Positions 18,357-26,571 of a DNA stretch of 64,000 nt are shown piece after piece (positions within the stretch are counted from its first letter, which is position 1; the number at the start of each line of letters is the position of its first letter). This DNA is from an uncultured Spirochaetaceae bacterium (GTDB lineage: Bacteria; Myxococcota_A; UBA9160; UBA4427). Position numbers and translations under genes: made by a program. The stretch covers positions 195,244 through 259,243 of the forward strand of contig CAZAUR010000001.1 in NCBI GenBank assembly GCA_964488255.1. The letters are read 5' to 3'. Below the pieces are notes generated by a model. It ran no database searches. It was not told where the DNA came from and was given only the letters and a program-made list of their open reading frames with translations.

Positions 18357-19913
18357 ATGCTGAAACCGCGAGCGACTCCTGACCCGAGCTTCCGCCCGAT
18401 CCAGCTTCGAGGCGCGCTCTCCTGGCTCGCCGCGACGTTCTGCATGGCGTTCGCGATCCCCGCCCAGGGTTTTCCAGAGATCGGCTATCTGCAGTTCAAG
18501 GTCGAACACAACCTCGAGACCGATGCGTGCCTCGCCGCGGGTACCTGCTTCATCGACTTCGAAGAGAAGGGCGACCCCAGCGCCTGGCTCAGCGAAATTC
18601 GCGGCGCCTCGAACCTGGCCGTCCTGCACTGGGACCGGGGCATCCCGTGGCTCGCATTCGATCCGGATCCGCCGCCGGGCGCCGATCGTGTTTCGTTCTA
18701 CGACGCGCGAATCGATGCAGGCACCCTCGTCCACTTGAACGCGTTCGAGGCCCACTTCGCGACGCTCGGCCGCGGCTACGTCTCGGTGTCGATCCTCTCC
18801 GGAGAGCGGGATCGACTGGCGCCGCTCTACCTCGACCCGGATACGAGCGTGCCCTTCACGACGACCTGCCCCGACTTCACGCCGGGCACGTTGATATCGG
18901 TCGATCCCGGGACCGGGCCCGTCATCGTCGACCTCGAACGCAGCTATCGGAACTTCATCCTCTACCTCGCCGAGAAGCTGTCGCCCGACTACCTGGGGCT
19001 GCTCGTCGAGGCGAACCTGATCGAGCTCTCCTGCCCGTCGCAGTCAGCCAGTCTCTACGCGCTCTATCGATCGCTTCATGACGACGTGCGCGCCGAGCTC
19101 GGCGCGGGGCCGATGATCTTCGCCACGCTCGGGCTGCAGCACCTGCTCGACTACGCCCGCGCGTCCTGTTACCCGACGAGCGGCTTCGTGCCGTGCGCGA
19201 CACCGCCCGGTGCGTCCTTTCCGGACGCCGGCCCCGCCGCCTGCTTTCCGCTCGAGACGGGCGCGATCGCCGAGCTCTCCCTCGGCGGCCGACTCGACGT
19301 CCTCGCGCTCTCGTTCTATCCGGACAGCCTCGAGATGAACCCGCTGGCCGGCTCGGGCGCTTCGAGCGACGCCTATCTCCTGCCGGATTGGGACACCGGA
19401 GGGGCCTGTACGACCCGCCTCGACTGGCCGGACGTGGTGGATCCGCTCGCTGCGATCGACACGCTCGGGTGGACGGGACCGATCGCCTTCGCCGAGGTCT
19501 CGTCCCGCTCGTGTTATTCACCGATGCGCTTCGACCTGCCGAATCCGCCGAATCCGGACCCGATCGAGCTCGTCGTAGAGGTCGCGGGCGGTCCCGACCT
19601 GCAAGCCGAATGGACGTCTCGCATGCTCGGCACCGCGATCGCGAACGACTATCTCTTCTTCGCGCACTCGTTCCTACGCGACTACCCACCGGTCGGCCCG
19701 TGGCTCGTCGAAGAGGGCGTCGCAACGGCCGAGACCCAGCGGCTCATCAACATCTGGCCTTGCTCGGGTATCCAGGACAGCGCCGGGACGCTGAAGCCGG
19801 AGATGGCCGCGATCGGCCTGCCGGAGCCCGGGGGCGCTATCCCGCTCGCCCTCGGCGCGCTCCTTCTCGCCACACTCCGATCCGCGCGCGCGACGAGCGC
19901 AGCCGCTCGCTGA
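18357..19913 (+). CDS. Secreted hypothetical protein with PEP-CTERM-like C-terminal sorting tag
   Basis: N-terminal signal-like segment. The C-terminus is GLPEPGGAIPLALGALLLATLRSAR. No catalytic family was recognised. Confidence 0.7.
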   Translation: MLKPRATPDPSFRPIQLRGALSWLAATFCMAFAIPAQGFPEIGYLQFKVEHNLETDACLAAGTCFIDFEEKGDPSAWLSEIRGASNLAVLHWDRGIPWLAFDPDPPPGADRVSFYDARIDAGTLVHLNAFEAHFATLGRGYVSVSILSGERDRLAPLYLDPDTSVPFTTTCPDFTPGTLISVDPGTGPVIVDLERSYRNFILYLAEKLSPDYLGLLVEANLIELSCPSQSASLYALYRSLHDDVRAELGAGPMIFATLGLQHLLDYARASCYPTSGFVPCATPPGASFPDAGPAACFPLETGAIAELSLGGRLDVLALSFYPDSLEMNPLAGSGASSDAYLLPDWDTGGACTTRLDWPDVVDPLAAIDTLGWTGPIAFAEVSSRSCYSPMRFDLPNPPNPDPIELVVEVAGGPDLQAEWTSRMLGTAIANDYLFFAHSFLRDYPPVGPWLVEEGVATAETQRLINIWPCSGIQDSAGTLKPEMAAIGLPEPGGAIPLALGALLLATLRSARATSAAAR

Positions 19914-19960
19914 CGACCCTCGCGTGAGCGGCGGGCCGCTGCCCTCGTGCCCGAAACGAA

Positions 19961-19996
19961 GAACGCCCCTTCTCCATCGCAGAAGAAGGGGTGTTC
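19961..19996. repeat. REP-like GC hairpin
   Basis: GAACGCCCCTTCT...AGAAGGGGTGTTC, 48 nt after the stop at 19913. It shares the GAAGAACGCCCC lead-in with 18170-18210. Confidence 0.7.
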
Positions 19997-20010
19997 CTAC
20001 GTTCTGGCAC

Positions 20011-20070
20011 CAGAGCCCTCAGCGCAAGAAGCGCCGCCGCGAAGCGGCGCTTCGAGAGGCGCGCAGCGCC
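20011..20070 (+). repeat. REP-like element, family core + hairpin (locus A)
   Basis: CAGAGCCCTCAGCGCAAGAAGCGCCGC-cgcgaa-GCGGCGCTTCGAGAGGCGCGCAGCGCC lies between convergent genes. Confidence 0.8.
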
Positions 20071-20080
20071 GACGAACCCG

Positions 20081-21766
20081 TTAGGGTTCCAAAATCGGAT
20101 GCAGCCGCTGGGCCGGCTGCGTCTCGCGCAGCTTCTTGAGCGCCCGCGCTTCGAGCTGCCTTACGCGCTCACGAGAAAGTCCGAGAGACTGGCCGATCTG
20201 TTCGAGGGTGTGCTCCTCCTCGCCGCCGAGGCCGTAGCGCAGGCGGAGGATCAGCTGCTCACGCGGCGTGAGGCTGCCGATCAGGGAGCCGACGCCCATT
20301 CGCATCCGGTCACCGTCGATGTCGCCGTCGGGTCGATCCGCGGTCGCGTCGGGGACGAAGTCCTCGAGCCGCTTCTCGGTCCCGGCCACGTTCGACTCGA
20401 GGGAGATCGCCTCTCTCGAGAGTCGATCGAGGGCCTCGAGCGAGTCCGTGTCCGTGCCCAGCGCCGGAGCGAGCTCCGCCGGGGTGGGCTCGCGACCGAG
20501 CTTGCCCGTCAGCTCTGCGCGCACGCGCTGGCTCCGCTGGAGCCGGTCGTGCACATGCGAGGGAAGCCGGATCGTGCGCGAGTGGTTCTGGATCGCGCGG
20601 ACGAGCGCCTGCCGGATCCACCAGACCGCGTAGGTCGAGAACTTGAAGCCGCGCCGATGGTCGAACTTCTCGACCGCGCGGATCAGGCCCAGGTTGCCTT
20701 CCTGGATCAGGTCGGGGAACGACAGGCCCAGGTTCCGGTAGTCCTTCGCGATCGCGACGACGAGCTTGAGGTTGTGCTCGATGAAGCGATTCTTGACCGT
20801 CGACATCTGGTCCTGGGCATCCTGGACCGCGTTCGTCAGGTCGATCATCCGCTTCTTCTCGACACCGGCCTCGATCTCGAGCTCCGCGAGCTTCTTCGTC
20901 CGCTTGCGGGCGCGCCGCATCTCGCGCGTCAGGTCGATGCTCTTCTCGCGGAGCTCGTGGAGCACCGCGAGCGAGAGCTGCGCGGAGTGCATCTCCTTGG
21001 CGATCTTGACGTCGATCTTCTCGAGGGTCGCGGTGTAGGCGAGGCCCGACTTGTCGATCTTCTTCTCGCGATCGTTCAGCTGGGTCCGCAGCTTCTTCAC
21101 CGCCCGCTCGACGCGCGCCGCGATCTCGCCAGTCTCCTCGTCGCCGACGGATTCGGAGAGCTTCGCGCCGGTATGCGAGAGCGCACGCAGCGCATCCCAC
21201 CGAGCGACCACGTGCTTGGCCGAGATCGGGATTGCGTAGAGCGCATCGCGCAACGCGGCCGTTGCCGCCTCGAGATCCTTGGCGAGCACGACCTCTTCTT
21301 CACGCTTGAGCGTGCGGGTGCCGCCGATCTCCTGGAAGTAGGACTCCAGCGGGCGACGCTCGCGACCGGGATCGAGCTCCTCGGCCGAGACGACCGCCTG
21401 CGCGCCCATCGCGGTCTGCGAGGCCTTGTCCTTGCCCTTGCCGTCGGCCTTCTCGTCCGCGGCAGCGGCCACCTTCTTCTTGTCGACCTCTTCCTTCTTC
21501 GTCGTCGCCTTCTTGGCAGACGCCTTCGCGCCGCCGGCCTTCGCCGCAGCCTTGTCCGCCGAGGCCTTCGCCTTCGGTGCTGCCTTGGCCTTGGCCGTGG
21601 GCTTGGCCGTGGGCTTGGACGCGGGTCTTGACGCCGACTTGGAAGCCTTCGCCTTCGGGGCCGGCTTGGCCGGACGGGCCGAAGACTTCGAAGCGGTCGT
21701 GGTCTTCTTCTGGGTTGCCAACGTTGAATCCTCTCGGTCCCCGGTGTGACTCTTTTCAGATGTCAC
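20081..21766 (-). CDS. rpoD: Primary-type sigma-70 factor RpoD with Lys/Ala/Pro-rich N-terminal extension
   Basis: Regions 2-4 are unmistakable ([47 protein letters not shown]). The GTG at 21766 lacks an SD. The TTG at 21721 has GAGAGGA 7 nt upstream and may be the true start. Confidence 0.9.
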   Translation of the reverse strand: MTSEKSHTGDREDSTLATQKKTTTASKSSARPAKPAPKAKASKSASRPASKPTAKPTAKAKAAPKAKASADKAAAKAGGAKASAKKATTKKEEVDKKKVAAAADEKADGKGKDKASQTAMGAQAVVSAEELDPGRERRPLESYFQEIGGTRTLKREEEVVLAKDLEAATAALRDALYAIPISAKHVVARWDALRALSHTGAKLSESVGDEETGEIAARVERAVKKLRTQLNDREKKIDKSGLAYTATLEKIDVKIAKEMHSAQLSLAVLHELREKSIDLTREMRRARKRTKKLAELEIEAGVEKKRMIDLTNAVQDAQDQMSTVKNRFIEHNLKLVVAIAKDYRNLGLSFPDLIQEGNLGLIRAVEKFDHRRGFKFSTYAVWWIRQALVRAIQNHSRTIRLPSHVHDRLQRSQRVRAELTGKLGREPTPAELAPALGTDTDSLEALDRLSREAISLESNVAGTEKRLEDFVPDATADRPDGDIDGDRMRMGVGSLIGSLTPREQLILRLRYGLGGEEEHTLEQIGQSLGLSRERVRQLEARALKKLRETQPAQRLHPILEP

Positions 21767-22569
21767 CCGGAGGGGCAGGGTTCGTCATTTCTGTCATCAG
21801 GCTGAGCGCGTGGTGCCATTCTGGCATTCCGGCGCCGACCCCGGCGCACTTTCTGCAATTTTGAATGCGATTCGTGCCCGCTCGGGCAGGGAAGTCGCGC
21901 ACGTGATCTGGAAGGTGTCTGCCCACCGGCAGTCCCGAGTCAGTGCTCCGGGTCCTCGTCTCCGCGCGGTCGATGTCGTCGCGCCGGGAGAATCGAGTGG
22001 ACCGTCGAGAGCGGGTCGCTCGGAGGAGCGAAACGTTCGGGTCGTTGGGGAGGCGGGGTGGCATCGGTCGGGAGCCGCCCGACCAGGTCTTCAGAACGTG
22101 CCGACCGGCCAGCTGGAGTACCGACTCGCCGAACGGGTCATTCCGAAGGGATGTTCATTTAGCCTGATATTGATTGAATTTCACCTATTTAGCCAGCGAA
22201 TTTCCTGTCTGGATCCGGATTGATTCGTTCGATCGTCGAATTGCGGGGGGCGAGCCCCGCCTCTTCGGCGGCCGATCTCGAAACCGATCTGGGGGTCGTC
22301 CTTCGTCAGTGCGCACGAGCAGCACACAGGTGATGGACTCGACCCACGATTCCGTCCGCCGCTCCCGGCGAGACGGACTTTTCCTTTGATTCGGTGTGGT
22401 TCCCCCATCCGGGATGTGGCGGATTCCCCGCCGAATCGGCCCCGGCTGCAGGCGCGATGCGCACCCGCTGCGGCCTCTCTGCATCAGTCGGAGCCGAACC
22501 GGCAACGGTTCCGTCCCAAACCGCCATTCGGGGACCCCGATCGCGCAAAAAAAGCCCCGCGCACACCCG

Positions 22570-22670
22570 CCGGAGCCTTCAGCGCAAGAAGCGCCCGCGC
22601 CACGAGCCCCCCGGAGCCTTCAGCGCAAGAAGCGCCCCCTCTGAGGGGCGCTTCGAGAGGCGCGCAGCGC
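22570..22670 (+). repeat. REP-like element with tandemly duplicated core (locus B)
   Basis: CCGGAGCCTTCAGCGCAAGAAGCGCC occurs at 22570-22595 and 22611-22636. The second copy is followed by the hairpin GAAGCGCCCC-ctctga-GGGGCGCTTC and GAGAGGCGCGCAGCGC. Confidence 0.85.
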
Positions 22671-22679
22671 GCCGATGGA

Positions 22680-24455
22680 CTAGAACGGCCAGATTCGCGG
22701 AATCGCCGTCAGCGCGACGGCCATGCAGAGCAGGTCCAGGGGGATGCCGATTCGCAGGAAGTCGCCGAAGCGATAGGCGCCGGCGCCCCAGACGATCAGG
22801 TGGGTCTGGTAGCTGATCGGGAACGCGAAGGCGCAGGCCGAGCCGATCGCGACGGTCATCACGAAGGGCGCCGGGTCGACGCCGAGCTGCCGCGACGCCG
22901 CGAGCGCGATCGGGAACATGATCGCGACGGCGGCGTTGTGATGGAGCGTCTCCGCCATCACGAGGCAGAGCACGTAGATCGCAACCAGGGTCGCCATCGG
23001 TCCGATCTGGCCCACCAGCGACACGAGCCCGGCCGCCACGAAATGCGCCGCGCCGGACTTGTCCATGGCGTTCGCGATCCCGAGGCCGCAGCCGATCGTG
23101 ATCAGCACCGACCAGTCGACCGCGTCGCGAGCTTCGGTGGCCGTGATGCAGCGCGTGCCGATCAGCGCCGCGACCGCGACGAAGGCGGCGATCGAGATGT
23201 GGATGCCGCCGAGGCTCACTGCGAGCACCATCACGACCAGGATGCCCAGCGCCGTGCGGGCGTGCTCGAACGCCGGCGGCGGCGTGCCGGGGAGCTCGCT
23301 CGCCAGGTAGAAGTCACGGCTGTTGCGGTGGAGCTCCATGAACTCCGGCGCGCATTGCATGAGCAGCGTGTCGCCCGGACGAAGGACGATGTCACCGATC
23401 TTGCCCTGCACGCGCTCGGCATTCCGATGGACGGCGATCACGACCGCGTCATAGACGGCGCGGAAGTTGCTCTGCTTGACAGATTGGCCGATCAGCGGCG
23501 ACGACGCCGAGACGACCGCTTCGACCATCGGGCGATGGCGCCCGCCCGGGAGGCTTCGCAGCAGCTCCTCTTTGGCGGCGGGCTCGAGGCCGCGCGTGCG
23601 CTGCAGGTCCAGGATCGTCGAGACGACCCCGGCGAAGACCAGGATGTCGCCGCTCTGGAGGATCTGATCCGGGGAGACCGGCGTGATCAGCCGATCGCCG
23701 CGGTCGATCTCGACCAGGAAGAGCCCGGGCAGGTTGCGTAGGTTGGCTTCCTCGACGGTCTGACCGTGGAGGGGACTGTCGGGGGTCACGCGCATCGCCG
23801 CGGTGTACTCGCGGGTGCGATCGTCGAGCTCTTCCGCCGCCTCGAGGTGGCTCGGTAGGAGCGACGGCGCGACGAAGACGAGGAACACGAGGCCGACGGC
23901 CAGGATCAGGATCCCGACCGGAGCCGGCTCGAAGAAGCTCCAGCGTGGGAGTCCGGCGTCGTCGACGAGGCCGACGATCGTGAGGATCGTACTCGTGCCG
24001 ATGATGGTGCAGACGCTGCCGAGGATGGAGGCGTAGGAGAGGGGGATCAGGTACTTGGTCGCCGGGCGCTGGTGGCGCTTCGCCCAGTCGATCACGGTCG
24101 GCGTCATCATCGCCACGATCGGCGCATTGTTGAGGACGGCCGAGAGCCCGGCGACGGGCAGGGTCATGCGGGTCAGCGATCGTCGCGTGCCGGCGAAGCG
24201 CCCGAGCACCCGGCCGAGGGTCATCTCGAGGGCGCCGGTTTCGCGCAGAGCGGCGGAGACGATGAAGAGGGCGCCGATCGCGGCGACCACCGGGTTGGCG
24301 AAGCCTGCGAAGGTCTCGACCGGGCTCAGGATCCCGAACACGCCGAAGCAGATCAGCGCTGCCATCAATACGAGGTCGGGTGCCGCGAGCTCGCGGACCA
24401 TCGCGGCGAGCGCCAGCGCCACGAGGGCGAGCGTGAAGACGATCTGCCAGTCCAT
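22680..24455 (-). CDS. SLC13/DASS-family anion transporter with two central TrkA-C (RCK_C) domains
   Basis: Polytopic membrane halves flank two repeats of the form G.TV.E..LR......V.I.R. Confidence 0.85.
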   Translation of the reverse strand: MDWQIVFTLALVALALAAMVRELAAPDLVLMAALICFGVFGILSPVETFAGFANPVVAAIGALFIVSAALRETGALEMTLGRVLGRFAGTRRSLTRMTLPVAGLSAVLNNAPIVAMMTPTVIDWAKRHQRPATKYLIPLSYASILGSVCTIIGTSTILTIVGLVDDAGLPRWSFFEPAPVGILILAVGLVFLVFVAPSLLPSHLEAAEELDDRTREYTAAMRVTPDSPLHGQTVEEANLRNLPGLFLVEIDRGDRLITPVSPDQILQSGDILVFAGVVSTILDLQRTRGLEPAAKEELLRSLPGGRHRPMVEAVVSASSPLIGQSVKQSNFRAVYDAVVIAVHRNAERVQGKIGDIVLRPGDTLLMQCAPEFMELHRNSRDFYLASELPGTPPPAFEHARTALGILVVMVLAVSLGGIHISIAAFVAVAALIGTRCITATEARDAVDWSVLITIGCGLGIANAMDKSGAAHFVAAGLVSLVGQIGPMATLVAIYVLCLVMAETLHHNAAVAIMFPIALAASRQLGVDPAPFVMTVAIGSACAFAFPISYQTHLIVWGAGAYRFGDFLRIGIPLDLLCMAVALTAIPRIWPF

Positions 24456-24545
24456 CCGCGGGGCAAGTTACCCCATCGGTCCCCGCGAGAACCCACCCCC
24501 GACCCGAAAGCGCCCTGCATTCTGATCCGTCACACTCCCGCCGTC

Positions 24546-25640
24546 ATGACCACCGTCGTCCGCACCTTCAGCGAGCGCGAGTTCTACCTGGGCGAGTTTC
24601 GGGGTCGGACGATCGGTATCGCTTGGCCGCCCGGGGAGCCGCCGGCGGAGCAGCCGCTCGCGGCCGTCGTCGCGGAGCTCGTGGCGAACGGGTCCCGGGT
24701 CGTGGTGCTGAGTCCGGTCGAGGAGATCTTCGTACTGGCGGGGACCGGCGCGCCGGTCGACGCCGGGGCGACTGCCTTCGCGCCGGCGCTCTGGCGCGAC
24801 CTTCGGGAACGGGGCAGCGCCGGTCTGCGCCTCGACGAGCACGACTTCGCCGCGGCCTGCGCGGGCATCGCGCCGACGCTCCGGTTGGCGAAGGTCGTGT
24901 GGATCCAGTCGAGTCCGCCCGTCGAGCGCGTGGCGGGCGAAGGGCGCGTCTCGGTCGTCGATCTCGCGCACCTGTCTCCGCTGCTCGATTCGGAGGCGGA
25001 GGCGCTCGGAGGCGAGTCGATCCATCGCGCAGGGGAGGGCGCGCACGAGCTGCTCCTCGCGATCCGGCGCCTGATCGAAGGCGGCGTGCCGTCGGTGAAC
25101 GTGTGCGCCGCGGCGGATCTCGCGCGGGAGCTCTTCACCTACGCCGGCGCCGGCACGTTCTTCACCCGGGATCGTTATGCGGAGGTGCGGCCCCTCGCGA
25201 TCGACGACTACGACCTGGCGAACGACCTGATCGAGCGCGGCGAAGCCGACGGGTTCCTGGCGCCTCGCGCCCGGGCCGCCCGCGACGCCGTCCTCGCCCA
25301 CGGCGTCGGCGTCTTCATCGAAGGCCGCTACCTCGCCGGAATCGGCGCGATCCTGCCGCACGCCTCCGCGAACGCGGCCGAGCTCGCCTCCCTCTTCGCG
25401 CTCACGCGTTATGTCGGCGAGGGCGCCGGGGGGCAGATCGTCCGCTATGCGATCGACCGCGCTCGCGAGCACGGCCTCGACTATCTCTTCAGCTGCACGA
25501 CGAGCGAGCGGGTCGAAGGCTTCTTCGAACGGCACGGCTTTCGCCGGGTCGAGCCCGAAGACGTGCCCAAGCAGAAATGGGACGACTACGACCCGACGCG
25601 ACTCTCGCGGGTGCGCTGTCTGCGATTCGATCTCGATTGA
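24546..25640 (+). CDS. Amino-acid N-acetyltransferase, ArgA-like (kinase-like N-domain + GNAT)
   Basis: ArgA-like N-terminus (FRGRTIGIAW...VVVL), with a GNAT C-terminus (RYVGEGAGGQIVRYAIDRAREHGLDYLF...FFERHGF). ATG at 24546. Confidence 0.65.
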   Translation: MTTVVRTFSEREFYLGEFRGRTIGIAWPPGEPPAEQPLAAVVAELVANGSRVVVLSPVEEIFVLAGTGAPVDAGATAFAPALWRDLRERGSAGLRLDEHDFAAACAGIAPTLRLAKVVWIQSSPPVERVAGEGRVSVVDLAHLSPLLDSEAEALGGESIHRAGEGAHELLLAIRRLIEGGVPSVNVCAAADLARELFTYAGAGTFFTRDRYAEVRPLAIDDYDLANDLIERGEADGFLAPRARAARDAVLAHGVGVFIEGRYLAGIGAILPHASANAAELASLFALTRYVGEGAGGQIVRYAIDRAREHGLDYLFSCTTSERVEGFFERHGFRRVEPEDVPKQKWDDYDPTRLSRVRCLRFDLD

Positions 25641-25645
25641 TGCTG

Positions 25646-25665
25646 CGCGCGCCCGGAGGCGCGCG
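25646..25665. terminator. GC hairpin after the argA-like gene
   Basis: CGCGCGCC-cgga-GGCGCGCG, an 8-bp stem starting 6 nt after the stop. There is no U-tract. Confidence 0.3.
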
Positions 25666-25724
25666 ATCGACGATGCCCGTCGAAGCGCTCCGGGGCTTGC
25701 TTGCGCTTCCTCCCGGAGGTCCGG

Positions 25725-26145
25725 CCGAAGCCGGAGCGGCCTGTAAGCCGGGTTCTGTCTCCACGCCGGGTTGCCCCGGCGCGGGAGAAGGTCATTCCTC
25801 TAGGCCGGCCATTGCTGGACGGCTCGAGCACTCTCACCCGGACACCGCGTCCGACCGAGGCCGGACGATCGGGCGGACCGCCCTCGACGATGTCCCTATT
25901 CGAGCTTGCTCCGGGAGGGGCTTGCCCCGCCGCCGGTCACCCGGCTGTCGCGCGTGAGCTCTTACCTCACGATTTCACCCTTACCTGTGTCCCGTCTCAC
26001 CCGAAGGTGACAAAACCATCGGCGGTGTCGTTTCTGCGGCGCTTTCCCTCGGGTCACCCCGGGTCGGCGTTACCGACCTCCCTGTCCTGCGGAGCCCGGA
26101 CTTTCCTCCCGTGAACGGTGCCTCCCGTGAGGGAGCCTCCGGAAA
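25725..26145 (-). ncRNA. rnpB: RNase P RNA, bacterial type A
   Basis: The minus strand contains GGGAGGAAAGTCCGGGCTCC, GGTAACGCC, AGGTAAGGGTGAAA, GGTAAGAGC, CCCGGAGCAAG, CTAGAGGAATGA and ACAGAACCCGGCTTA in the canonical order. The ends are approximate (+/-15 nt), from CCGGAG/CTCCGG P1 pairing. Confidence 0.9.
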
Positions 26146-26261
26146 TCGGAGGAGTGTTCACCGGCGACCTCCCGGCCGCCTTCGGCGGGCGCGCGCATCG
26201 TATCGCGGGGCCCGGCCGGCGGCACCCGGCCGCCCGGAGCGAACTCGGACCGCCGGCCGCC

Positions 26262-26335
26262 GGGGACCGGGTCGGGTAGACTGGGCGCTGCGTTCGACGG
26301 GGACCGGGTCGCGTAGACTGGGCGCTGCGTTCGAC
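26262..26335. repeat. 37-bp tandem direct repeat x2 (one mismatch), with a third partial copy downstream
   Basis: GGGGACCGGGTCG[G/C]GTAGACTGGGCGCTGCGTTCGAC occurs at 26262-26298 and 26299-26335. GGACCGGGACG recurs at 26346. Confidence 0.9.
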
Positions 26336-26571
26336 GGTTTCCGCCGGACCGGGACGCCATACGAGACGTCCTGCCACGAGTCGGCGGAATTCGCCGTGCC
26401 GACCCCGCTCCCGAGTGCATTGAACACGCAAGTCGCGACGCCGCCCCCCTCTGATCGGGTACTCCCCATCTGGCGGGAATAGCGCCGCGACGAGGGTTCG
26501 CGGGGTTTGCGCGCGTGCGCGGTCTCGAAGGCCGCATCGCGTTCCCGTCCCGTCCCGAAAGCCGTCACCCC

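Noticed and set aside
21813-21818. TGGCAC (minus strand) upstream of rpoD as a sigma-54 -24 element.
   Set aside because: The required -12 TTGC element is absent at the correct spacing; the sequence reads CACGCGCTC.
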